From NCBI GenBank assembly GCA_036502545.1, contig DASXYH010000234.1:1-35188 (forward strand): a stretch of 35,188 nt of DNA, read 5' to 3'. The stretch comes from Spongiibacteraceae bacterium. GTDB taxonomy: Bacteria; Pseudomonadota; Gammaproteobacteria; Pseudomonadales; CAMLJR01. The notes under the pieces were generated by a model. It did no database searches. It saw only the letters and a program-made list of their open reading frames with translations, and had not been told where the DNA came from. Position numbers and translations under genes: made by a program. Of the stretch, positions 24,824 through 34,552 are shown one piece after another (the stretch's first letter is position 1; each line of letters starts with the position of its first letter).

Positions 24824-25042
24824 GCTTTATTTCTCCGATACGATTACTGACGTAGTTGACTGCAATATTGAAAGTAAAAGTGGGCGTGCGCAGACTAACA
24901 AATTTAATACGATGCCGTTCGGCGGTTGTAAACAATCCGGCAGCGGTCGCGAGTCGGGGCGCGATGCTGGATTTATACACGGAAAGTAAATCGGTATCGA
25001 GGATGTTGTCGAGAAATTTAAAAATCGGAAATCGAATCGGTA

Positions 25043-26095
25043 TCAGGAATAATCGATTTTTTTCTCGAAGTGACGGCGCAGCGGCTGCCATTCGCCGAGC
25101 GCTACCTTAACGCCATGTCCGGTCAGATAAGCGGCTAGATCGAGCAAATAGGCCATATCGGCTTCACCGCCGCATAAATGGAATATCTGCTTGCCGATTG
25201 CCGTCAGTCGCAACACCGGCAGTAATACGCCGGTTGAATTCAATCCCGATAATTGCAATGCACGCCGATGGTTGATCAGCAGCAATGGCTCCTGCTCGTC
25301 TCCCGATTGACTGTGCAGATTGACATGCCGATGCGTGTCGATCGGTTGCAGCAATCCGAGCGTCTCCGCATTCGCCAACCACGTATCGTGCAGTTGTGGC
25401 TGAAAATAACGGCCGCGCGCGTCGAAAATAAATTCGCCGAAGATATAGCGCGCCAATAACGCAATGCCGGCGACATCGCCCTCGCCGATGGCGCCCAGCG
25501 TTTCCACCGTGGCCAAATTGTAGCGTCCCGGCGCTGCCACTTCGCGCGCCAGCAAGCGCGCCCACAAACGCTGCAAATCCGTGTTGTGAATGTCCTGCGC
25601 CCACTGCCGCCAGCGCTGCAACCAATGCGCGCCAACCTCGTGCTCGGAGAGCGCCTGCAACGTGTAACTGTGGATAATTTCCTCTTCGGCCAGCAATGCT
25701 ATGCGGCGAATATTCAATGAACGCTCGACATCGCGATGACTGACATCATTGGCGACCGCATCGAACAGATTCTGCGGCCTGGTGAGTCGCGCGAAGATTT
25801 GATCTTCATCGGCAGCGGGCTGCTCGATGAAACTGTACATCGGCACATCGCCGACGGCGATCGCATCGACCACCTGTCCGCCGTAGCCGACGACTTTACG
25901 ACCACTGCGCAAACCGGCCAGTTCGCGTTCGGTCGCTGCAATGGCGGCCAGCTCGGCCTGGCGTACGCGCGCACGATCGAGACCTTCGCGCCGAATCTGG
26001 CCCGGGGTGATCAGACCGCCGCTATCGCCGAACAAATACATCCACACCTTGTCCAGCCAGCGCTCCTGCATTTGCTGGTTTCTCAACATATCCAT
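25043..26095 (-). CDS. DUF2806-like protein of unknown function
   Basis: The central block HWLQRWRQWAQDIHNTDLQRLWARLLAREVAAPGRYNLATVETLGAIGEGDVAGIALLARYIF matches the DUF2806 signature as I remember it (..W...F...aqdvs.eemq.lWa.iLagEv..PGsfS.rtL). The start is ATG 26095 or 26089; the track's TTG at 26191 is less likely. Confidence 0.55.
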   Translation of the reverse strand: MDMLRNQQMQERWLDKVWMYLFGDSGGLITPGQIRREGLDRARVRQAELAAIAATERELAGLRSGRKVVGYGGQVVDAIAVGDVPMYSFIEQPAADEDQIFARLTRPQNLFDAVANDVSHRDVERSLNIRRIALLAEEEIIHSYTLQALSEHEVGAHWLQRWRQWAQDIHNTDLQRLWARLLAREVAAPGRYNLATVETLGAIGEGDVAGIALLARYIFGEFIFDARGRYFQPQLHDTWLANAETLGLLQPIDTHRHVNLHSQSGDEQEPLLLINHRRALQLSGLNSTGVLLPVLRLTAIGKQIFHLCGGEADMAYLLDLAAYLTGHGVKVALGEWQPLRRHFEKKIDYS

Positions 26096-26295
26096 CAACT
26101 CCAAAACGGTCGTATTGCGTAAATCGAAATGTCTCTTCCATTGACATCTCGTATACAGTGGAGTGTGCACGTTTTCGGCTGCGCTCGGCAAGAGCTTGGC
26201 AGTTGTGAACGAACGCGCGTTACGGTGTTACATCGCGTTCAGAAACTGGAAATCTCTTTAACTTATGACAATAATACCGTGGGGAATAGAGAATT

Positions 26296-26520
26296 ATGCC
26301 AATGGATCGGATCAGTGCCATCTTTGCGATGTACATGAGACGACCCGATAACAAGCGGGCCGCTATGCTACAAGTGATACAACAGTACAAATCAGATTTT
26401 CCAAATGATTATCTGGCTATCCAGTACCAGCGCCGTCAATTCGCGTACGGCTTGGGCCCGATGACCTGTCAAACCGCACGATTCAACGCCGACGAGTATC
26501 GTTGCCGTTGCTCTCGTTGA
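26296..26520 (+). CDS. Possible small protein (74 aa) just upstream of yfiR; unverified
   Basis: The ATG has a weak purine-rich upstream stretch, and the stop lies 7 nt before the yfiR ATG. No recognisable family, and it could be non-coding leader. Confidence 0.25.
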   Translation: MPMDRISAIFAMYMRRPDNKRAAMLQVIQQYKSDFPNDYLAIQYQRRQFAYGLGPMTCQTARFNADEYRCRCSR

Positions 26521-26527
26521 GGCTGAT

Positions 26528-27067
26528 ATGCGAATTGGCCTGATTTCACGCATTCTGCTGTCCACGCTGGCGATAATCCCGCTGACTGTCCGCGGCGCTA
26601 GCGACGATCTGTCACGCGAGTACCGCATTAAAGCGGCTTATCTGTACAACCTGAGTAAATTCATCACCTGGCCCGATGAAGAAAACATGGCCAAAGATAT
26701 GCCGATCACCTTGTGTGTATACGGCTACAACCCATTCGAAACCTATCTCGAAAAATTGCAGGATCGACAGATCCGCGGCCGCGCAATCGCGGTGCGCTAT
26801 GTAGGCGAGCACGATTCCGTCGATGGTTGTCAGCTGCTGTTTATTTCGCAACACAACACGACCGAGCCCAAGCTGCTCAACGCGCCGCCGCCGTATCCAC
26901 CGATATTAACCGTCAGCGACGATCAGGATTTTCTCAGCCGCGGCGGCTTGGTGACCCTGGTTACTGTCAGCAATAACGTGCAGCTCGATATCAATCTCAC
27001 TCGGGCCAAGGCGGCCGGCTTCAGCGTCAGCGCCAATCTGCTCGAAATCGCGCATAGGATTCAGTAA
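26528..27067 (+). CDS. yfiR: YfiR-family (DUF4154) periplasmic regulator
   Basis: Signal peptide followed by the hallmark IKAAYLYNLSKFITWP motif. A gagg RBS precedes the start. It sits immediately upstream of a diguanylate-cyclase-type gene, as in yfiRN loci. Confidence 0.75.
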   Translation: MRIGLISRILLSTLAIIPLTVRGASDDLSREYRIKAAYLYNLSKFITWPDEENMAKDMPITLCVYGYNPFETYLEKLQDRQIRGRAIAVRYVGEHDSVDGCQLLFISQHNTTEPKLLNAPPPYPPILTVSDDQDFLSRGGLVTLVTVSNNVQLDINLTRAKAAGFSVSANLLEIAHRIQ

Positions 27068-27070
27068 AAG

Positions 27071-29566
27071 ATGAACGCCGAGCGTGCGCCAAGCAAAAAA
27101 CCGCGTCAATGGTCGATGCGCCTGCATAACTGGTCGATCGGCAGCAAGCTGATCCTGTTATCGCTTGCGACCAGCTTGATTGGTCTGCTCGCCGCGATCA
27201 CTGCCATCGCCGCGTACGATCAATACAGCTTGCGCTCGGTTTTGCGCGAAGAGTTCAGCGTGCTCGCCAACGTTATCGCCAACCGCAGCAGCGCCGCCGT
27301 GGTATTCGAGGATGAGGCATTAGCGCAAAACAACTTGAGCGCATTGCAGTATCGCAGCAGCGTGACGCTCGGCTGTATTTATCGCACCACCAATTCGGAC
27401 GGCGCGGAAAAGCCCAACAGTCCGGTTGTGCTCGCCACTTTTCACAGCAATGGCGAGCACGAATGCCCCGAGGTGAAAACTCCCGCGCAACAACAAATCA
27501 ATATCGGCCAGCGCTATCTGGAGGTGTTGCAGCCAATCGTACTCGACGATGCCACTGTCGGCGTGCTGTATCTGCAGGCATCGCTCGATGAAACCTACAA
27601 CCGTCTGCAGCACAAACTGCTGATCATGATTCCGGTCGTCATTTTTGCGGCCGCCATTGCGGTGCTGATCGGCACGCTGCTGTCCCGCCATATTTCGCAC
27701 CCGCTGAAAATGCTCGGCAAGGCTGCGGCACTGGTAGCGGAGCACGACAATTATTCGATTCGCGCCGATAAATTCAGCGAGGACGAAGTGGGACAAGTGG
27801 TCGATTCGTTCAACCATATGCTGTCGGTCATCGAGCGCGAAAATGCGCACCTGCGCGAGAGCGAGGAAAAATTCCGCCTCATCAGCGAATCGTCGAAGGT
27901 TGGTATTTTTCAACTCGATCGCCACGGTAATTGTATTTACTCGAACGAAGAAATGTCGGCTATCTCCGGGCTCGATGGCGAAACGCTGCTACAACAAAAC
28001 TGGCTGCACGTGGTGCATCCCGACGACAAGCGCCGCATCACCGATCAGTTCCAACTGTTAGTGCAAAAAAATGCACCGCATATCAATCTCGATTGTTGCC
28101 TGATGCTGCCGGACGGCGCGCTTAAATGGGTAACCGGCGATGTCGCGCCGATGTTCGATGCCGATCAGCAGCAGATCGGTTTTCTCGGCACGCTATCGGA
28201 TATTTCCGAGCTCAAGGAAGCCTACGATCAACTCGAACAAATGGCGTTTTACGATACGCTGACGGGGCTCGCCAATCGTCGTTTATTCCGCAATCGCCTC
28301 GAACACATGCTCAGCAATATTCCGCGCAGCGGTGCCGGCGTCGCCTTGATTCTGATCGATCTCGATCATTTCAAACACGTCAACGATTCGATGGGGCATG
28401 ATTCCGGCGATTCACTGCTCACTGTGGTTTCCGAACGCCTGAAACACTGCGTGCGTTTCACAGATACCGTGGCGCGTCTCGGCGGCGACGAATTCGCCGT
28501 CATTCTGCCGAACGTGCCGGACACGCTGACCGCTTCGGCCATCGCCGAAAAAATCATGCAGGCACTGAGTAAACCGGTATTGCTCGGCGATCAGGAAATT
28601 ACCATTAGCGGCAGCATGGGCATTTCGATGGCGCCTGAGGATAGCAATACGGCGGAAGTGCTGATCAAAAACGCCGACCTCGCGCTGTATAAAGCAAAAG
28701 ATGAAGGCCGCAATAATTTCAAATTCTTCACCACCGAAATGAATACATTATTGGTGCGGCATTTGAATCTGGTGCAACAACTGCGTCAGGCCATCGATAA
28801 TCAATCGTTTCTGTTGCAATACCAACCACAGATCGATTTGCTCAGCGGTCAATTGGTCGGCTTCGAAGCATTGGTGCGCTGGCAGCAAAAAGATCGCGGC
28901 ATGGTGAGCCCGATGGAATTCATTCCGGTCGCGGAAGAGACCGGCTTGATTATTCCGCTCGGCCGCTGGATTTTACGCACCGCGTGTCAGCAGATGCGCG
29001 CACTGGTCGATGCCAAGCTCGTCAATAATCGCGCCGTGATGGCGGTGAATTTATCGGTCAAGCAATTCGAAGATATGCAGTTGATCAAATTTATCGGTGA
29101 AACGCTGATCGAATTCGGTTTGCGTCCGGCACAGCTTGAGCTCGAACTGACCGAAAGCGTGCTGATGGAAAATATCGAAGATACCGTCGAAGCGCTCAAC
29201 AATTTAAAAGCGCTCGGCGTCGGTCTTTCGATCGATGATTTCGGCACCGGCTATTCGTCGCTGAGTTATTTGAAACGGCTACCGGTGAATGTGGTAAAAG
29301 TCGATCGCTCGTTCGTAATGGACATTCCCCACGATATCGAAGATATGGAAATTACGGCGGCGGTAATCGCGATGGCGCACAAGCTGCGTTATAAAGTCGT
29401 CGCCGAAGGTATCGAGACCGATGAGCAGTACAAATTCCTGCGCGAATCCGGTTGCGATTATGGTCAGGGTTATTTCTTCAGCCCGCCGTTGTCACCCGAT
29501 GCGCTGGTCGATTTCTGCCGTCATTATCAAGCCGAGCTCGAAAGTGAAATGAACAAGGGCCGCTAG
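27071..29566 (+). CDS. Membrane sensor with CHASE8-like periplasmic domain, HAMP, PAS, GGDEF and EAL domains (c-di-GMP turnover)
   Basis: Two TM segments flank a roughly 150-aa periplasmic domain. HAMP is marked by HPLKMLG...FNHMLSVIE and PAS by EEKFRLISESS. The GGDEF motif is intact (RLGGDEFAVIL) with an RxxD I-site (RFTD) 5 aa upstream. The EAL motifs are intact (GFEALVRW, DDFGTGYSS, KVDRSF). Confidence 0.9.
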   Translation: MNAERAPSKKPRQWSMRLHNWSIGSKLILLSLATSLIGLLAAITAIAAYDQYSLRSVLREEFSVLANVIANRSSAAVVFEDEALAQNNLSALQYRSSVTLGCIYRTTNSDGAEKPNSPVVLATFHSNGEHECPEVKTPAQQQINIGQRYLEVLQPIVLDDATVGVLYLQASLDETYNRLQHKLLIMIPVVIFAAAIAVLIGTLLSRHISHPLKMLGKAAALVAEHDNYSIRADKFSEDEVGQVVDSFNHMLSVIERENAHLRESEEKFRLISESSKVGIFQLDRHGNCIYSNEEMSAISGLDGETLLQQNWLHVVHPDDKRRITDQFQLLVQKNAPHINLDCCLMLPDGALKWVTGDVAPMFDADQQQIGFLGTLSDISELKEAYDQLEQMAFYDTLTGLANRRLFRNRLEHMLSNIPRSGAGVALILIDLDHFKHVNDSMGHDSGDSLLTVVSERLKHCVRFTDTVARLGGDEFAVILPNVPDTLTASAIAEKIMQALSKPVLLGDQEITISGSMGISMAPEDSNTAEVLIKNADLALYKAKDEGRNNFKFFTTEMNTLLVRHLNLVQQLRQAIDNQSFLLQYQPQIDLLSGQLVGFEALVRWQQKDRGMVSPMEFIPVAEETGLIIPLGRWILRTACQQMRALVDAKLVNNRAVMAVNLSVKQFEDMQLIKFIGETLIEFGLRPAQLELELTESVLMENIEDTVEALNNLKALGVGLSIDDFGTGYSSLSYLKRLPVNVVKVDRSFVMDIPHDIEDMEITAAVIAMAHKLRYKVVAEGIETDEQYKFLRESGCDYGQGYFFSPPLSPDALVDFCRHYQAELESEMNKGR

Positions 29567-29570
29567 CGGC

Positions 29571-30206
29571 TCAGCGCGGATCCGGCGTTAAGCGTAAATA
29601 CGGTTTCACTGCGCGATAGCCTTTCGGAAAACGGCGTTTGATTTCGTCGACATCCTGCAGCGAAGGCACAATCACCACCTCCTCTCCCGCCTGCCAATTC
29701 GCCGGCGTCGCCACCTTATGGTTATCGGTCAATTGCAGCGAATCGATCACACGCAAAATCTCATTGAAATTGCGTCCCGTGCTGGCTGGGTACGTGATGA
29801 TCAGGCGAATTTTTTTATTCGGATCGATCACAAATAACGAGCGCACGGTCAAGGTATCGTTGGCATTTGGGTGAATCAGATCATACAGCGCGGATACTTT
29901 GCGATCGGCGTCGGCGATGATCGGAAAATTCACCTGTGTGTTCTGCGTTTCGTTGATATCGCCGATCCAGCGCGTGTGCGAATCGACCGGATCGACGCTC
30001 AGCACCAGCACTTTCACATTGCGTTTGGCGAATTCGTCTTTCAATTTTGCGGTGAAACCCAATTCGGTAGTGCATACCGGCGTGAAATCGGCCGGATGCG
30101 AAAACAAGATACCCCAATGATTGCCGAGCCATTCGTGAAAATGAATTTCACCCTCACTCGATTGTTGAGTGAAATCGGGCGCGATATCGCCGAGTCGTAA
30201 TGTCAT
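29571..30206 (-). CDS. 1-Cys peroxiredoxin (Prx6 type)
   Basis: Peroxidatic motif PADFTPVCTTEL with no resolving Cys, and length and C-terminus typical of 1-Cys Prx. An aggagg RBS precedes the start. Confidence 0.9.
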   Translation of the reverse strand: MTLRLGDIAPDFTQQSSEGEIHFHEWLGNHWGILFSHPADFTPVCTTELGFTAKLKDEFAKRNVKVLVLSVDPVDSHTRWIGDINETQNTQVNFPIIADADRKVSALYDLIHPNANDTLTVRSLFVIDPNKKIRLIITYPASTGRNFNEILRVIDSLQLTDNHKVATPANWQAGEEVVIVPSLQDVDEIKRRFPKGYRAVKPYLRLTPDPR

Positions 30207-30282
30207 GGTTGCCTCCTAAAAAAAATCAGTTTTGCCACTCAGGATTAACATAATCGCAACGCAACGTTGCATTGAACGTCAA

Positions 30283-30849
30283 TTAAACCGCGATCGGTAA
30301 ATAATATCGGTGCCGTTGCGGACGTTGGTGCTGCTCACAAAATTGTTGCAATAAATACCAGCCTTCGCGCCATGCACCGTGACCGGATTCGGCATTGATA
30401 TGCCCGGCGCTACCGGCGCTCACGAGCGGAATTTGCCAGCGCTGCGCCCATTGTTCGGCGCGACTCCAGCTCAGCCACGGATCGTTGCGACTGCCAACCA
30501 GCAGTGCCGGTACGGGCAATGCCGTCTGCGGCAAAACAGCGGCGATATTGAATTTGGCCGGATCGGCCGGCGCGACTAAAAATAAGCCGCGCACTTGTGC
30601 GGCCGGCAATCGGGCTAACGCGTTGATACTCGCCAGACAACCGAAGCTGTGCGCAATCAACCAGCTCGGCCCTTGCCTGCGTACGCTGTCGACCACACTG
30701 CGTGTCCACAGTTCTAAATCGGGCACATCCCAACGCGTCTGCTCGATGCGAACGGCGTGCGGCAGCTGACGCTGCCAATGCGATTGCCAATGTTGCGCAC
30801 CGCTATCATGCAAACCGGGAACAATGATTACCGAAGTCATCGATGCCAT
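30283..30849 (-). CDS. Alpha/beta serine hydrolase, YdeN/RBBP9 family
   Basis: VIIVPGLHDSG...HWQ start, nucleophile elbow AHSFGC, and C-terminal GHIN. The start (GTG 30852, ATG 30849 or ATG 30840) is uncertain. Confidence 0.7.
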   Translation of the reverse strand: MASMTSVIIVPGLHDSGAQHWQSHWQRQLPHAVRIEQTRWDVPDLELWTRSVVDSVRRQGPSWLIAHSFGCLASINALARLPAAQVRGLFLVAPADPAKFNIAAVLPQTALPVPALLVGSRNDPWLSWSRAEQWAQRWQIPLVSAGSAGHINAESGHGAWREGWYLLQQFCEQHQRPQRHRYYLPIAV

Positions 30850-30947
30850 CACCGCGAGAGTTTTAATTACAACTGACAGCGATGGTAAGCAGTGGCGAAT
30901 TAGCTGAGAAAGATTTTTTTACGCTCAGCTTATAACGCCAACGACAA

Positions 30948-31799
30948 TTAACGTCCCACCGAGGGAAATAGCATGATCCAGGCGATATTGACGAGAAAGT
31001 GACTGAGTACGCTGAGCGACAGCACGCCGGTGCGCCGGTATATGAAGCCATGCAGCAAACCGGAAATCGTCGCCAGAATCACAAATTCCCAGCCGCGATA
31101 AATATGCACGAGGCCGAACAACACGGCAGCAATAATAATTGCCGGCGCCGGCGCCAGATACAACATCAATTCGCGCTGCAGCGCGCCGCGAAAAAATAAT
31201 TCCTCGGCAAAACAGGTTTCCATCAGATTCACAAATAAAAAAGCGGCGGCATATTGTGGAATAGTGAATTGCACCGGATGCCCAAGCAGGCGCACCAGCA
31301 ATAAAAAACCGCCAACGCCGGCCGGAAGCAGCCAAATGTAGCGCCAGTTTTGTTTCTGCGGATGATATTGCGCGGCGATCAGCGCGAGCAGCAAGCCCGC
31401 GTAAGCCTTATCCAATGGAAAATTAAACGCGAGCAGTTTGCTGCCGTATTCCCACCATCTCGAATACAGCGGCACCGTTTCAATGCCGTGCACCTGATGA
31501 AATCCGGCGAGCAATCCCAGCACCATGCCACCATAGCGCACCTGCCGTCTCCAGAATTCGGACAGCGTTAAATAAACCGTCGCCACCAAGGTGAAACTGA
31601 TCATTGCGACGATCGTGGTCGGATACGCGACGAAACCCGCTGCGGTAAAACCGAGCAGACCGATCAGAATAATCGTCGCGAGATAAGGTACCCATTCGCG
31701 CCGGCCGCTATCGATGATCAGCAGCGCAAATGCCACCGACATCGCATAGAACACCTGCGATGCGGCGAGCAAAATCAATTGCGTCGGTTCGGCAGTCAT
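30948..31799 (-). CDS. CPBP-family intramembrane glutamic endopeptidase (CAAX protease-like)
   Basis: Multi-TM protein with the motifs EELFFRG, FGLVH and HFLVN. Confidence 0.8.
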   Translation of the reverse strand: MTAEPTQLILLAASQVFYAMSVAFALLIIDSGRREWVPYLATIILIGLLGFTAAGFVAYPTTIVAMISFTLVATVYLTLSEFWRRQVRYGGMVLGLLAGFHQVHGIETVPLYSRWWEYGSKLLAFNFPLDKAYAGLLLALIAAQYHPQKQNWRYIWLLPAGVGGFLLLVRLLGHPVQFTIPQYAAAFLFVNLMETCFAEELFFRGALQRELMLYLAPAPAIIIAAVLFGLVHIYRGWEFVILATISGLLHGFIYRRTGVLSLSVLSHFLVNIAWIMLFPSVGR

Positions 31800-31856
31800 G
31801 AATCCACCCTGTTATATTTTTTCATGTACTCGAAACAATCGCGCCACCGATAATTT

Positions 31857-34445
31857 TTACTTGGTAAAAACGCCTCTGACGCCGCCCGATATCAATGTGG
31901 TCACCGCCAGCAATACCGATGCGGTGGATAAACCCGCCGGCGCCGCCAGATAGCGCGGCCGCCATTCCGGATCGAATTTATCCTTGTATTGATAAAGCCC
32001 TTTGAAATTATAAAATTCCTGGCCAAACCGAAATACCGTATTGCCGATTTTATGCCACATCGGCGCCAACGGATGCTGCTCCAATCCCGACAGCGGTGCC
32101 ATGCCGAGATTGAACCAGCGATAACCCTGCGCCCTGGCCCATAGCATCACCGACAACGTGAGATATTCCATCACACCGTTTGGTGCATCGCTATCGTAGC
32201 GCATCAAATCGATCGATAACTCGTCCTTCGTTTCGAGCTGCCATAAATTTGCGAACGCGACCACGCGACCTTCGATCCGCACCACCGCGATATCGCAGCG
32301 GCGTAAATAATCGCGCGAATAAAAACCCAGCGAAAAGCGTTTCTCGCGCACCTGCTTTTGCATCATCCACACGTTGGAAACGTGATAGATCTGATCGAGC
32401 ACAGGTTCCGGCGCAGGCGCGGCGAAGATTTCAAATTGCGCGCCATCGCGCTGCGCTTTGCTGAAGGCGTGGCGCAAATTTGCGCGGCGTTTGCCTTCGA
32501 GCCCGAAGGTGCTGAGATCGACGCGCGCCTCTTCACCCAATTTGCTCAACGCCAAACCCATGTCGAGATACAGCGGCAAATCCTCGGTGCCAACTTGATA
32601 AAACGCAATACGAGCGCCGTGGCGATCGGCCATCTCGCGCAGTTTCCACACCAGATCGACATGCTCCTCCGCAGCACCGACCGGATCGCCCATCGCGATC
32701 CAAAATTTGCGGGTGATATCGAACATCAGAAAACTATTACCGCTGTCACTCCACAGCAGATATTTATCGCCGGTCAGGGCGAGATGGGCCGCTGTATCGC
32801 GTGCGCGGCGAGCGATAATGAGCGCGCGCTGCAATTCTTCCGCGGTTGGCCGCGTCAACGTTGCCGGTATATGCGTCATCAAGCGATACACGACGAACGC
32901 GCTCACCACCAGACACAGCGCGAATAGCGAACGCAAAAAACGCGAAGCATCGCCGTGAAACGAAAACTGCCACCATAATTCGTGCGAATATTCGATATGT
33001 TTATAGGAAAAAAATCCGAGCCATGTCGATGCGACCAGAATAATGCCGATCAGCACCAGCCACTCGCCGGACAGATCGAATTGCAGCAGCGCCGATTTAC
33101 GATAGAAATGGCGCTTGGTCGGCAGAAACACCAGCAGCATCGCACTCAGAATCAGCGCTTCTTCGTAATCAAAACCTTTCATCAACGACGCAGCCACACC
33201 AACGCCCAATAGCGCGATCGCCGCATAATAGGCAGCATCGATGCGGCTGCGCACCGCACGCGCGAGGAACAGCAATAATAAACCCGCGATACTGCCGACC
33301 AGGTGCGACAGTTCCATAATCGGCAGCGGCAAAAAAAAACGCAGCCAATGAATGCGCTCGGCTACGCCGGGTGTGGCGCCCGAAAATAATAAAATGGCAC
33401 CGGCCAGTAACAACAGCAGCGAAAAAACTTGCGGGATACTGGTCTCAACCACGCCAAAGGCCGAACGCAGCGGCGGCGAACGCAAAAACTTGCTGTGGCG
33501 CACTTCGTATAAAACCAACCACAACGCTGCGCATGCGAGCGGCAAAAAATAATAAATGATGCGATATGCGATCAGCGCCGCAAGCACATGCGCTGCCGGA
33601 AAGCGAGCGCCGATCAAAAATAGAAAGCTGCCTTCGAATACGCCGATGCCGCCGGGCACCTGACTGGCCAGACCGGTTAACTGCGCCAGCAAAAACAACA
33701 CCAGAAAAGCCGTGTAGGGCAAGTCGATCTGTGCCGTTAGCGGCACATACAAAACCAATGACGCCAACAATAAATCGACAACGCCGATCAGCATCTGCCG
33801 CAATGCTAAATACGGCTCCGGCAAGCGCAGTGTAAAACCGCCGATATGAATATCGCCCTGCCAAAACAACACCGCTGTCCACCAGGCGACGAGCGCAAGA
33901 GAAATTATCGCGACAATAAAATCAATCGATTGCGCCGGCAATTTATCCGTCAACACAACATGCGACGGCAATGCCAGATAAGAGCACAGCAGCAAAAATG
34001 CGGTACCGATTAAATAAGTCACCGATAAAAACAATAACGCGCGCGCGATGGCCGCAACCGATAAACCCCAGCTGCTGTACAAGCGATAACGCATCGAACC
34101 GCCTGAAATTAGCGCATGACCGACATTATTGCTGATTGCGTAACTCAAAAACGAAACCATGCCGACTTTCGCATACGGCAAACGCTGTCCTGCGTATTCG
34201 AGCGCCAGCCAATCGTAAATCGTGAGCACTGCGTATCCGCACAGCATCAGCGCAAATGCCGCGAGCAAACGCAGCGGCGGCAGAGACAATAACGATTGCT
34301 TTATATGCGACCAATGGTACAACTCGATTTCGTGATGGACCACGACGAGCGCGAGCGTGAATAGCGCGATGCCGATCAGCGGTGTCAGCCGTTGCAGATT
34401 GAACGCGAGGTTTTGCAGAACAGGACGCAGCTTCGATTCACTCAT
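31857..34445 (-). CDS. mprF: Bifunctional aminoacyl-phosphatidylglycerol synthase/flippase MprF
   Basis: 862 aa, with a roughly 14-TM N-terminal flippase region followed by a C-terminal DUF2156-type aminoacyl-PG synthase domain. Confidence 0.85.
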   Translation of the reverse strand: MSESKLRPVLQNLAFNLQRLTPLIGIALFTLALVVVHHEIELYHWSHIKQSLLSLPPLRLLAAFALMLCGYAVLTIYDWLALEYAGQRLPYAKVGMVSFLSYAISNNVGHALISGGSMRYRLYSSWGLSVAAIARALLFLSVTYLIGTAFLLLCSYLALPSHVVLTDKLPAQSIDFIVAIISLALVAWWTAVLFWQGDIHIGGFTLRLPEPYLALRQMLIGVVDLLLASLVLYVPLTAQIDLPYTAFLVLFLLAQLTGLASQVPGGIGVFEGSFLFLIGARFPAAHVLAALIAYRIIYYFLPLACAALWLVLYEVRHSKFLRSPPLRSAFGVVETSIPQVFSLLLLLAGAILLFSGATPGVAERIHWLRFFLPLPIMELSHLVGSIAGLLLLFLARAVRSRIDAAYYAAIALLGVGVAASLMKGFDYEEALILSAMLLVFLPTKRHFYRKSALLQFDLSGEWLVLIGIILVASTWLGFFSYKHIEYSHELWWQFSFHGDASRFLRSLFALCLVVSAFVVYRLMTHIPATLTRPTAEELQRALIIARRARDTAAHLALTGDKYLLWSDSGNSFLMFDITRKFWIAMGDPVGAAEEHVDLVWKLREMADRHGARIAFYQVGTEDLPLYLDMGLALSKLGEEARVDLSTFGLEGKRRANLRHAFSKAQRDGAQFEIFAAPAPEPVLDQIYHVSNVWMMQKQVREKRFSLGFYSRDYLRRCDIAVVRIEGRVVAFANLWQLETKDELSIDLMRYDSDAPNGVMEYLTLSVMLWARAQGYRWFNLGMAPLSGLEQHPLAPMWHKIGNTVFRFGQEFYNFKGLYQYKDKFDPEWRPRYLAAPAGLSTASVLLAVTTLISGGVRGVFTK

Positions 34446-34552
34446 GGTGGAGTCCGCAATGGAGCTGGCGGCATGGTAGCGGTTGTGAGTTTAAACGCAA
34501 GTCGTGCACATCACCGCTGCTGACGATTCGTTCGCCGCGCGCGCCTGCATGT

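Noticed and set aside
24989-25044. Direct repeat aatcggtatc at 24989-24998 and 25035-25044 near the 3' end of the DUF2806-like gene
   Set aside because: It is only 10 bp and one copy is inside coding sequence, so it is probably chance.
30261-30270. Perfect 10-bp palindrome gcaacgttgc about 55 nt upstream of the peroxiredoxin start, considered as a possible redox-regulator site
   Set aside because: It is too short to be significant on its own and does not resemble an OxyR-length site.
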